A stretch of 64,000 nucleotides of DNA from Anaerolineae bacterium (GTDB lineage Bacteria > Chloroflexota > Anaerolineae > Epilineales > JAANWY01): the NCBI GenBank assembly GCA_046753605.1, contig JBHHTZ010000001.1, positions 1,244-65,243 of the forward strand. The letters are read 5' to 3'. Position numbers and translations under genes: made by a program. A model generated the notes under the pieces. It worked only from the letters and a program-made list of their open reading frames with translations. It was not told the DNA's origin and searched no databases. This document shows positions 45,002-53,196 of this stretch, piece by piece (positions within the stretch are counted from its first letter, which is position 1; the number at the start of each line of letters is the position of its first letter).

Positions 45002-45718
45002 ATGTCGACACTGCAGATCGTTTACGGCCTCGCGGGTATTGCGATGGGGTTGCGCACCGTATCGAATGGGTTGAAGAGCCGAGAGGCAGACAGGAAAGCT
45101 CGTCTGGGGCGACTACCCCCTGTTGGCTTCCAAGGACGATCTGTTCAGAAGCCATCTCGGCAGCCCCTGAGTGACGTTTTTTTCAACACGCCATCTGGTC
45201 GGATCCGGCTGCGCACCTACAACATCCGCAACCTCGACGAGCGCATTGCACACCTACGAAAGCTCGCCAAGGCCGGAAAAAAGGATCCGCAAGTTTACGA
45301 ATTTGTTCGGCGCGTGGTCAACGGCAAATGCGGCAACACGTGGTGTATACCGGAAAAAGACAACGTCGCGGAGGCCCGAGCCCTGTTCAATGCCATTCGC
45401 AAGAACGTCCGGTACACCTCCGACATCGCCGGCATCGACAGTTACCAAAAGCCCCGCCATACGCTGGCCATGCGTGGCGGGGACTGTGACGACTACAGCA
45501 CGCTGGCGTGCGCGGCCGCGGGTGCTATTGGCATCCCTTGCCGGTTCAAGGTCATAAGAACGCAGGGAGCGCCCACGTGGAACCACATCTACGCCCAGCT
45601 CGGGTTTCCACGTCGTATGCCACGAAAATGGATCTCGTTTGATGCGAGTGTCCCGATGCCTTTCGGGTGGGAGCCGCCGCCGCGCATGGTCGCAGCCTCG
45701 CGCGTGTTCCCTACTTGA
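45002..45718 (+). CDS. Transglutaminase-like cysteine protease domain protein
   Basis: RGGDCDDYSTLACAAAGAIGIPCRFKV matches the transglutaminase-like core G.C.D[FY]...L.RA.GIPAR. Confidence 0.6.
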   Translation: MSTLQIVYGLAGIAMGLRTVSNGLKSREADRKARLGRLPPVGFQGRSVQKPSRQPLSDVFFNTPSGRIRLRTYNIRNLDERIAHLRKLAKAGKKDPQVYEFVRRVVNGKCGNTWCIPEKDNVAEARALFNAIRKNVRYTSDIAGIDSYQKPRHTLAMRGGDCDDYSTLACAAAGAIGIPCRFKVIRTQGAPTWNHIYAQLGFPRRMPRKWISFDASVPMPFGWEPPPRMVAASRVFPT

Positions 45719-45851
45719 AAGTATTGACGCCGTCCAAAAGTACCGTCTAGTCTGACCTTCGACAGTGGTGTGGTCGGTTTCCGTCCGCTCCAACGAAAGA
45801 GAAGGTTGTTCTGGTCCCGTTACGTGCGTGGACCCTAACCGGAGGAGATAA

Positions 45852-46496
45852 ATGGCGTACGACGATCTCATGGGACTAGATATGTACGACGGCCTGGACG
45901 GAGTGGACGACATCTACTCGGCCAGGATGTTTCAGGATCAAATCATCGCGGCGGCTTCGTCCGGTGTGGCTATCCTGCTCGCGAGCTGGAGCCTGCCGAA
46001 GCTGACGGCCGAGGATGGCCTGTTCAAGAACCTGGAGGAGCAGAACCGGCACCGCGTCGGCGCGATCCTCGGGATCATCTTGGGCGGCGTCGCCGGTCGC
46101 ATCGCCTGGAACAGGAACCGCGACGTTGGCATGGCCATCGTGGGCGGTGTGTCGGGTCTGGGCATCGCGCAGCTGATCGACTCGTTCATCGAGAAGCAGA
46201 ACCTGATCGGTGGCGGCGACGCGAAGATGTACCCGCTCGGCTCGTTCGGCGCGCTGCCCGAGGACACCGAGCTGTCCGCGAGTGACCAGGCGCTGCTGGC
46301 GGCCTACGACCAGGACAACGCGGGTGCGTTGTCGGCACTGGAAGCGGCCAACGTGCAGGCTTCGCGCGGAGCTTTCGGGGAAACCGAGGGCACCGTGGTC
46401 CACCCCGAGCAGCTGATGGGCTTCGGGGGACTCGATGCGGCCGTGGTGGCTGCGCAGACTCTTGGCGAAGAGCCGTATCCCGGATACCTCGTCTAA
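45852..46496 (+). CDS. Membrane protein (two or three TM helices)
   Basis: 214-aa ORF with hydrophobic AASSGVAILLASW and GAILGIILGGVAG...MAIVGGVSGLGIA. Confidence 0.5.
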   Translation: MAYDDLMGLDMYDGLDGVDDIYSARMFQDQIIAAASSGVAILLASWSLPKLTAEDGLFKNLEEQNRHRVGAILGIILGGVAGRIAWNRNRDVGMAIVGGVSGLGIAQLIDSFIEKQNLIGGGDAKMYPLGSFGALPEDTELSASDQALLAAYDQDNAGALSALEAANVQASRGAFGETEGTVVHPEQLMGFGGLDAAVVAAQTLGEEPYPGYLV

Positions 46497-46576
46497 TTGA
46501 GGCCCGGCCTCCGCTATTGGGGCGGCGTGGAGCCCCGTTCGCAAACCCATAACTGAAGCAACAGGAGAAGAAACCA

Positions 46577-47224
46577 ATGGCGATGCAACCCATCGAAGGA
46601 CAGCCGGGCATTTTCAAGGATTCCGAAACCGGCCAGTATCTCAACATTCGCGACTTCCGCGAGACGGACAAGTGGGACACGGTGGCGGTTCCGGCAGGCG
46701 AGATCGTTCCCGGCACCCAGTTCATCTTCTTCGCCGACATCCAGGCGAAGCGCGAGGCCGATACCAACATCAAGACCCCCCGCAAGCTGTCCAGCGGCGA
46801 GTCGATGGTGCTGGACCGCATCGGTCTGTATGCGAGGCTCGTGACCGGAAATATCGTCACCGTTCCGAGGGATATCAAGAAGGTATTCGACAACGCATAC
46901 TACAGGATGAAGATAAACGATCTGCTCCAAGACGAAGGGCCAGCGATCAAGTTTCCCTCTGCGTATGGCATGTACGGGCAGACCACCGAGCCGGATGCCG
47001 GTATCGTTTCGATCGGCGTACCGGCCACGGCCTCGGCAAGCCGTCTCGTCAAGCGCCAGCTGCTGAACCAGAACCATGAGTTGGAAGGCCTGTTGCGCTT
47101 CGACCCGCGGACCTGGCTTGGACAGCAGAACCCGCCCATCAACTACGCCAATCCCGTGCTGGATGAGCCCCTGCTCGTGACCAACTTCCTGCACGGTCTG
47201 GTGAGGTCGGCCGTAACGAAGTAG
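46577..47224 (+). CDS. Probable abundant structural protein
   Basis: 215-aa ORF with strong RBS acaggagaagaaaccaATG, followed by a very strong terminator. Confidence 0.5.
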   Translation: MAMQPIEGQPGIFKDSETGQYLNIRDFRETDKWDTVAVPAGEIVPGTQFIFFADIQAKREADTNIKTPRKLSSGESMVLDRIGLYARLVTGNIVTVPRDIKKVFDNAYYRMKINDLLQDEGPAIKFPSAYGMYGQTTEPDAGIVSIGVPATASASRLVKRQLLNQNHELEGLLRFDPRTWLGQQNPPINYANPVLDEPLLVTNFLHGLVRSAVTK

Positions 47225-47247
47225 TAGTCTTCTTCTCTCGCCGGTTT

Positions 47248-47300
47248 GCCCCGGTGCGGGCATAGCCAACCCGCACCGGGGCTTCGGCTCCTTTCCTTTT
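47248..47300 (+). terminator. Rho-independent terminator
   Basis: 13-bp perfect stem GCCCCGGTGCGGG/CCCGCACCGGGGC with loop CATAGCCAA and T-rich tail. Confidence 0.65.
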
Positions 47301-47332
47301 ACTTATCCACCCTTCACCGCCCAGGAGATTTG

Positions 47333-47935
47333 ATGGCCGATCCCCGTCTAGTTCCTTACAACCGCACGCCGGGCATCGCTCCTGCGGGTGCGCCCCAGAT
47401 GGGGCAACCGCCGCAAGTGCCCCAGGCCGGGATGCCGCAACCCCAGGGAGCGCAGCCGGTTCCGCCTGGTGCGCTCGTCCAGTACTACAGCGATCTCGCA
47501 TCCGGGGCCATCGCGCCCGAGGACATGCGGATCGAAGATCTGCAGTACCGTGTGCAGATCAGCCCCACCGGTCAGATCGTCTTCGAGAGCGAGAAATCGA
47601 CGATCATCAGCCGGTACAACTTCGTCCTGCGGCGCATCGTCGGCTTTGCGATGGACCCGACCCTGGTGGGCGCGGCTCCGTTCCTGGTCGGCGTTCAGGT
47701 CCGCGAGGAAGGACGGAATTTCGAAATCTTCAAGCGGCCGATCAACATGGCGTCGCTACTGCGCAACGCCGAGGGAGTGGCTGCCTGGGATGGCGTATAC
47801 ATCACGGTCCCTGGCACGGACCTCTCGGTCATCTGGTCGGTGGACACGGCGCGTTGGACGGCCCTGGTGGGTGCCACGCGGGAGTTCGGTGTTCAGCTCA
47901 TGGGTGACTACGTCGCTTGCGCACCCCAGCGGTAG
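47333..47935 (+). CDS. Hypothetical protein with Pro/Gln-rich N-terminus
   Basis: ORF 47246..47935 trimmed to MADPRL with RBS cccaggagatttgATG. Confidence 0.5.
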   Translation: MADPRLVPYNRTPGIAPAGAPQMGQPPQVPQAGMPQPQGAQPVPPGALVQYYSDLASGAIAPEDMRIEDLQYRVQISPTGQIVFESEKSTIISRYNFVLRRIVGFAMDPTLVGAAPFLVGVQVREEGRNFEIFKRPINMASLLRNAEGVAAWDGVYITVPGTDLSVIWSVDTARWTALVGATREFGVQLMGDYVACAPQR

Positions 47936-47944
47936 GGAGGCGAC

Positions 47945-48367
47945 GTGGGATTACTCGGCGTTGACCTCAACAAGGATCCAGGCACCGGGAACCTGAATCT
48001 TAGGGCGTGCTTCGCTGCTATCGTGGGTCCGAGTCGAGTGGCCCACGGTCGGCGTTCGGTCGTGCGGGTTCAGGCTGGCCGGCCTGTTCTCATCCTGGGT
48101 AACAAGACCCAGGAAGAGACGATGTACTTCGAGGTCTGGCTACCTCAGAGTAGCATCCTGGCGCTGCCTGGCGGGGGCGCGTTCCTCGGGCTGATGTCCG
48201 GTGAGACGGGCGGGCAGACTGCGGTGCAGACGCTGTTCAACGCGACGCAGCGGTACTCGGGTGTGTTGCTTCCGAGCGAGCAGGTATTCGCCGAAGCCGT
48301 GACGGACGCCCTCGGCGGCGCTCTGGCGGCCCAGGTGCCGGTGGTGGTTTCCTCGGTGGTGTTCTGA
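47945..48367 (+). CDS. Hypothetical protein
   Basis: 140-aa ORF (non-ATG start in the track). Confidence 0.4.
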   Translation: MGLLGVDLNKDPGTGNLNLRACFAAIVGPSRVAHGRRSVVRVQAGRPVLILGNKTQEETMYFEVWLPQSSILALPGGGAFLGLMSGETGGQTAVQTLFNATQRYSGVLLPSEQVFAEAVTDALGGALAAQVPVVVSSVVF

Positions 48368-51300
48368 TGCCTTACCAGGACGCGCATCTGCTGGACTACC
48401 TGGGCGACTTCGCGATGGGCGACTTCGAGGCCACCAAGGCCTTGGTCCAGAGCGGGTTGCAGCAGTACACGGTAGCGGACCTGCAGTTGATCTTGGCCGA
48501 TCTCGGGTGGAAGACCTCCATGGTGCCTGTCTCGCCCATGGCGGACTTCGGTCTGTTCGGCCCGAAGACCGCGCGAGCCTGGGGACAGTCGGCCAGAAAG
48601 CGCAAGCTCAACCCGACGTTCCAGCGCGCGGGCCCCACCTCGGCGTATGCCCATCCTGCCACCGTGCGCGCCCTTGCCCAGGTGGCGAAGAGAGCGGTTC
48701 CGACGGCCGTGGTCGGCCCGAAGCTCGCGCCGGTCATTGCCAAGCCCGCTCCGGCTCCGAAGCCTAAGCCCGCGCCGGCACCCGCGCCAGCGCCGGCCGT
48801 GCAGCTGCACACCCGAGGGGTGACGGGGCTGCAGAACATCCTGTACGCCCTGGGTTGGACGACGAAGAAGCTGCCCAGGTCGAAGACGTACAGCCCGAAG
48901 CTCACCTGGGCCTGGGGCGTGTCGGCCAAGACCCGCAAGCTCAATCCGGTGTTGAAGCCGGCGAAGTACGAGGACTCGGCGTTGGTCGATTTCGCCACCT
49001 ATACCCAGATGGAGAAAGAGGCGGCCGCGAAGGTAGTCAAGAAGGACGCGCCGCCCGCAGAGAGGGAGAAGCCCGGCACGGTGGTCGAGTCCGTGTTGGA
49101 GCTACAGGACATCCTCTTCGGCGTCGGCTGGACTACCAAGAAGCTCGCGCGCGACGGGGACTACGGTCCACAGACCCGCAAGGCGTGGAGGATCTCTGCG
49201 AGGAAGCGAAAGCTGCCGACGACGTTCGAGCGCGTGGACGGCAAGACGGCCCGGGTCGCCCAGAAGGCCTACGACGTGCTCAAGGCTGCCGGAGCGCGCA
49301 GGGTTCCGACGCCCGCGCCCGCGCCCGAGCCCGAATCCGCCCCGACTCCGGTAGTGGGTATCAAGAAGCCCGTTGCCGACACTCAGAAGGTGCTGGCCCG
49401 GCTCGGCTGGCGGTCCAGAACGGTGCCGCACAAGGGCGCGAAGGATTTTGGCCTGTACGGCCCGAAGACGAAGAGCGCGTGGGAGTCCTCGGCTACCAAG
49501 CGTAAACTCAACCCGTTGTACCAGCGCGTGGATGGCAAGACCGTATTGGTCGACCCCAAGACCTACGTGGCGTTGTTGCAGGCGGGGCGCGAGAAGGTCG
49601 AGCCCACGACGCCGCCGGCCGACGTGGTCAAGAGTTCCGTGGCCGACGCGCAGCGTGTGATGATCGCGCTGGGCGTGCCGGAGTCGTTGGTGCCGCGACC
49701 GGGTGCTAAGGACTTCGGTCTGTACGGCCCGAAGACCCGAGGGGCGTGGCAGAAGGAAGCGGCCAAGCTTAAGCTCGACCCCAGGTTCGACCGGGTGGAC
49801 GGCAAGACGGTCAAGCTCAACAAGAAGACCTTCGACAAGCTCGAAGAGGTGGCGAAGATGCACGCGCCGCCGCTCGCGCCCACTCCTGTACCCGTGCCTG
49901 TGCCCGAGCCCGATCATGTTCCGGTGCCGGTCGGGATGGTTGCAAAGCCGGTCGCGGAGTTGCAGCATATCTTGATCAAGCTCGGCTGGATGTCTAGAAC
50001 TGTCCCGCGGCCGACGGCGAAGGATTTCGGTCTGTACGGCCCCAAGACCCGAGGGGCGTGGCAGTCCTCGGCGACCAAGCGCAAGCTTGACCCGCGCTTC
50101 GACCGCGTTGACGGTCGCACGGCCAGGGTCAACGAGCGCACCTACTTGAAGCTGTCAGCGGTAACGGGCAAGAAACCCGAGCCCACCCCGAAGCTGACGC
50201 CGGGTAAGCCGGTCGATGCGATCACGATCTTCGTCTCCGATATGCAGGACATCGTCCACGCCCTGGGCGTACCCGATACGCGGGCCACGACGGACGACAA
50301 GTTCGGGCCGAAGACGAAGCGGGCATGGGAGAAGGTGGCCACCGCTCGCAAGCTCAACCCGGGTATGACGGGCAAGCGGGGAGCCAAGCAGGTCCAGGTG
50401 GTGAGGGAGACGTATAACGTCTTGAAAGCTGCTGCGTTTCTGCCGAAGCCGCCGCCCGCGCCTGTGTCCAAGTCCAGGGTGCAGACCGAGGTCATTTCTG
50501 TCATGACCGTGCAGCGCGGCTTGAACAAGCTCGCGAAGGCCAAGCTCGACGAGGACGGCACCTGGGGCCCGAAGACCAGCAGGGCGTTGCGTTTCTGGCT
50601 CAACAAGCAGCCGGGAGGCAAGGCTGTCAACGTGGTCATCGTTGCCCGGGGCATAGGTACGGGCAAGATCCGTCTGCCGAAGACCTTCGTAGAGGTGTTG
50701 CGTTCGGCGGCCGTGGTCGCGCCGCCCCCGCCTGTTCCGCCTGCTCCGAAGGAGAAGGACGAAGAGCAGAAGGCGATAGATACTATCTTGAAGTTAGCGA
50801 CGGAGCGCGTCCCGGTGCTCACCGTACAGCGCGCGTTGATCTTCTTGCACAACTTTGACCCGAAGAAGTATCCGGCAGTCAAGCTCACCGGCACCTGGGA
50901 TCCTGCAACGCTGGAAGCGTTCATGATGGGAACCAAGGACAAGCTGCCCCCCATGCTGCAGAAGGCGTGGCGCAAGGCGTTGCCGCAGCTGCTGAGTGTA
51001 GACAATCGGACGCTCAAGTTGACGCTGGCCGATGCGAGAGTGGTACGAGACGGCGAGGCGAAATGGAAGAAGGCCCAGGAGAAGCCGAAGCCACCGCCGG
51101 TACCTGTGCCCAAGCCCAATTCCACGCCGACGCCTGTGCCGACTCCGACCCCGACTCCGACTCCGACGCCCACGCCCGCGCCCGAGCCGGAACCGGACTT
51201 GCCCGATTACGATGTGCCTGGCGACGAGCCTGACGTGTTTCCACCTGGCGGTGGTGGTGCTCCGGGGGTTCCGCCGGGCACAGCTATTCAAGCTGCGCAG

Positions 51301-51978
51301 GTGTGGGAAGGCGCTCTGCGGGCGCTCAACTCGTTGAGGATAGACGGGGCGCGCATTGCCAGCGAGATAAACAAGAGCCTGGAAGAGGGCGAGGTCTTGA
51401 CGTCCAAGGGCGAGCAGTTGCTCAACGCCTGGCTGAACGCGGCCGAGCGCCTCAAGCAGCGTGTTGCGCAGATCATCGAGGGAAGTCCCCAGGTAATGTC
51501 GGCTCTGGACGCGGCCGGCGGTGGCAGCATGTCGGGACTCATGGGCTACTTCGGAGATCTGTCCGGTACGGCGACCGAGGTGTTGTCGGTGCTCAAGACT
51601 CCGTTGGTTGAGGGCGGCCTGTCCGAGTGCGAGGGCTGTCCCCCGGTCGGTCTGGGAGCTGTTCCGGTGGCGGCGGTTGCCATGCGTCTCGGTGGCGCGG
51701 CCTGGGGCAAGCTCGTGCAGCTGCTTTCCTTGCCGGTCGTTCGCGCTGCGACCGTGACGTATATAGGTGTAAAGGGCGTGGGAGACGCACTGAACGCGGA
51801 CACGGCAGCCTACCGGGACATCACCACCAGGCTCAACGATGCCGTGGCCAAGGGAGAAATGACTGCAGAGGAGGCAAAAGGGTTGCGTCCTACTCGTCCC
51901 GCGGGCGGTGCTGCAATCGCAGTGGTAGGGGTTGTGGCCCTGGGAGGTCTGGCGTTATATTTACGGGGCAAGAAGTAG
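48367..51978 (+). CDS. Giant virion/internal protein with at least eight tandem PG_binding_1-like modules and C-terminal TM segments
   Basis: Repeated about 65-aa modules LQ.IL..LGW.....P...AKDFGLYGPKT..AW..SA.KRKL.P.F.RVDGKT separated by PAPAP/PTPVP linkers; C-terminal hydrophobic helices. Confidence 0.75.
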   Translation: MPYQDAHLLDYLGDFAMGDFEATKALVQSGLQQYTVADLQLILADLGWKTSMVPVSPMADFGLFGPKTARAWGQSARKRKLNPTFQRAGPTSAYAHPATVRALAQVAKRAVPTAVVGPKLAPVIAKPAPAPKPKPAPAPAPAPAVQLHTRGVTGLQNILYALGWTTKKLPRSKTYSPKLTWAWGVSAKTRKLNPVLKPAKYEDSALVDFATYTQMEKEAAAKVVKKDAPPAEREKPGTVVESVLELQDILFGVGWTTKKLARDGDYGPQTRKAWRISARKRKLPTTFERVDGKTARVAQKAYDVLKAAGARRVPTPAPAPEPESAPTPVVGIKKPVADTQKVLARLGWRSRTVPHKGAKDFGLYGPKTKSAWESSATKRKLNPLYQRVDGKTVLVDPKTYVALLQAGREKVEPTTPPADVVKSSVADAQRVMIALGVPESLVPRPGAKDFGLYGPKTRGAWQKEAAKLKLDPRFDRVDGKTVKLNKKTFDKLEEVAKMHAPPLAPTPVPVPVPEPDHVPVPVGMVAKPVAELQHILIKLGWMSRTVPRPTAKDFGLYGPKTRGAWQSSATKRKLDPRFDRVDGRTARVNERTYLKLSAVTGKKPEPTPKLTPGKPVDAITIFVSDMQDIVHALGVPDTRATTDDKFGPKTKRAWEKVATARKLNPGMTGKRGAKQVQVVRETYNVLKAAAFLPKPPPAPVSKSRVQTEVISVMTVQRGLNKLAKAKLDEDGTWGPKTSRALRFWLNKQPGGKAVNVVIVARGIGTGKIRLPKTFVEVLRSAAVVAPPPPVPPAPKEKDEEQKAIDTILKLATERVPVLTVQRALIFLHNFDPKKYPAVKLTGTWDPATLEAFMMGTKDKLPPMLQKAWRKALPQLLSVDNRTLKLTLADARVVRDGEAKWKKAQEKPKPPPVPVPKPNSTPTPVPTPTPTPTPTPTPAPEPEPDLPDYDVPGDEPDVFPPGGGGAPGVPPGTAIQAAQVWEGALRALNSLRIDGARIASEINKSLEEGEVLTSKGEQLLNAWLNAAERLKQRVAQIIEGSPQVMSALDAAGGGSMSGLMGYFGDLSGTATEVLSVLKTPLVEGGLSECEGCPPVGLGAVPVAAVAMRLGGAAWGKLVQLLSLPVVRAATVTYIGVKGVGDALNADTAAYRDITTRLNDAVAKGEMTAEEAKGLRPTRPAGGAAIAVVGVVALGGLALYLRGKK
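48430..50900 (+). repeat. Nucleotide-level tandem repeats encoding the peptidoglycan-binding modules
   Basis: Near-identical segments, e.g. aggacttcggtctgtacggcccgaagacccgaggggcgtggcag at 49711 and 50021. Confidence 0.7.
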
Positions 51979-51993
51979 TCCCAAGGAGGAGCT

Positions 51994-53184
51994 ATGCGAC
52001 TCGGTGAAGAGATTGCGGTGTTGGACGGCTTTGACGATCTGGGGCAGGTGTACTCGAAAGACCTGAACCGCCTGATGGCCATCCCGAGCTACTACGAAAC
52101 CGGCCCTCAGTTCGGTGTGACGGCCGGTCAGAACCTGACCGGGGGCAGCACCTGGAATCCGCTGCTTCCGCTCACGCCGAGTAACGCGGGGTTGGCCGGG
52201 GCAGATCTGCCACCGGCCGATGCGGACCTCATGGGAGCAGCCGATGCGTTGGCGCAGCGAGGGAAGGGCTACCATCGTGCCATCCCGAGCAGCTACAACG
52301 CCGGAGCGGTGTTCGACCCGACCTCGGGGCAGAACTACAAGGGCGGCAGCAGCTGGGATCCTCTGATGCCGCTGACGCCGAGTGTTTCGGATCTGGCGCA
52401 GGTGCCGGATGTCGACTTGGCGCAGGTCTATACGAAGAACCTGAACCGGCTCAAGGGCATCCCCAACTACTACGCCGTCCCGAACCAGTTCGACATCACG
52501 GCCGGGCAGAACCTGACCGGGGGCAGCACCTGGGATCCGCTGCTTCCGCTCACGCCGAGCAGTGCGGGTCTGGCCGACGCCTACGACGGGCACCGGCTCG
52601 AAGACATCGACAAGCACTACGGCAGTACGCTCGACAAGATGCCGGGCTACTACGACAAGGGTGCCCAGTTCGATCCGAGTGGCGGGCAGTACTCGGGCGG
52701 CAGCAGCTGGGATCCGCGTTTGCCGCTCACGCCGAGCAGCTCGGGCCTTGCGGAGCTGTCGATCGTCGAGCCGATGGACGGTATCTTCGACAACGTCTTC
52801 AAGGCGAAGCTCTACCGCAGCCAGCTCCCGGCGTTCCGGCGCGCGGCCTCGCGCGGCAAGTTGCTGGCGGCCAAGAAGAAGGCCGTGAGCGCGTTGAAGC
52901 GCGGAGACGCCAGGTCTGCTGCCAAGTACGGGAGCCTGGTGAAGCGTATGCGCTCCATGCGGCGCAGCATCCTGAAGCCTGCTGGAATCAAGAAGCTCAA
53001 GGCGGCAAGGGCGGCGGCCTTGCGGCATGCCGCACCTGCTCGGGGGCTGGCACCTGACAAGGTTGCGGAGATCTTTCGGTCGGCTTCTCCGGTGGGGAAA
53101 AAGGCCATGTTCGAAAAGGCGGTGAGTCGTCGGGGACCTGCCATCAGCAGGGCGAGGGTTCCGGTTCACTCTTTCAGGTTCTGA
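51994..53184 (+). CDS. Repeat-containing virion protein
   Basis: Four tandem about 45-aa repeats QF(D/G)(V/I)TAGQNLTGGS(T/S)W(N/D)PL(L/M)PLTPS(S/N)AGLA; basic C-terminus. Confidence 0.6.
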   Translation: MRLGEEIAVLDGFDDLGQVYSKDLNRLMAIPSYYETGPQFGVTAGQNLTGGSTWNPLLPLTPSNAGLAGADLPPADADLMGAADALAQRGKGYHRAIPSSYNAGAVFDPTSGQNYKGGSSWDPLMPLTPSVSDLAQVPDVDLAQVYTKNLNRLKGIPNYYAVPNQFDITAGQNLTGGSTWDPLLPLTPSSAGLADAYDGHRLEDIDKHYGSTLDKMPGYYDKGAQFDPSGGQYSGGSSWDPRLPLTPSSSGLAELSIVEPMDGIFDNVFKAKLYRSQLPAFRRAASRGKLLAAKKKAVSALKRGDARSAAKYGSLVKRMRSMRRSILKPAGIKKLKAARAAALRHAAPARGLAPDKVAEIFRSASPVGKKAMFEKAVSRRGPAISRARVPVHSFRF

Positions 53185-53196
53185 TAGGAGGCGCGG

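Noticed and set aside
48396-51173. Minus-strand ORFs (48396..48998, 49102..49968, 50142..51173) inside the 1203-aa gene
   Set aside because: Antisense frames of a GC-rich repetitive gene. Their products are low-complexity and the plus-strand protein has coherent repeat structure.
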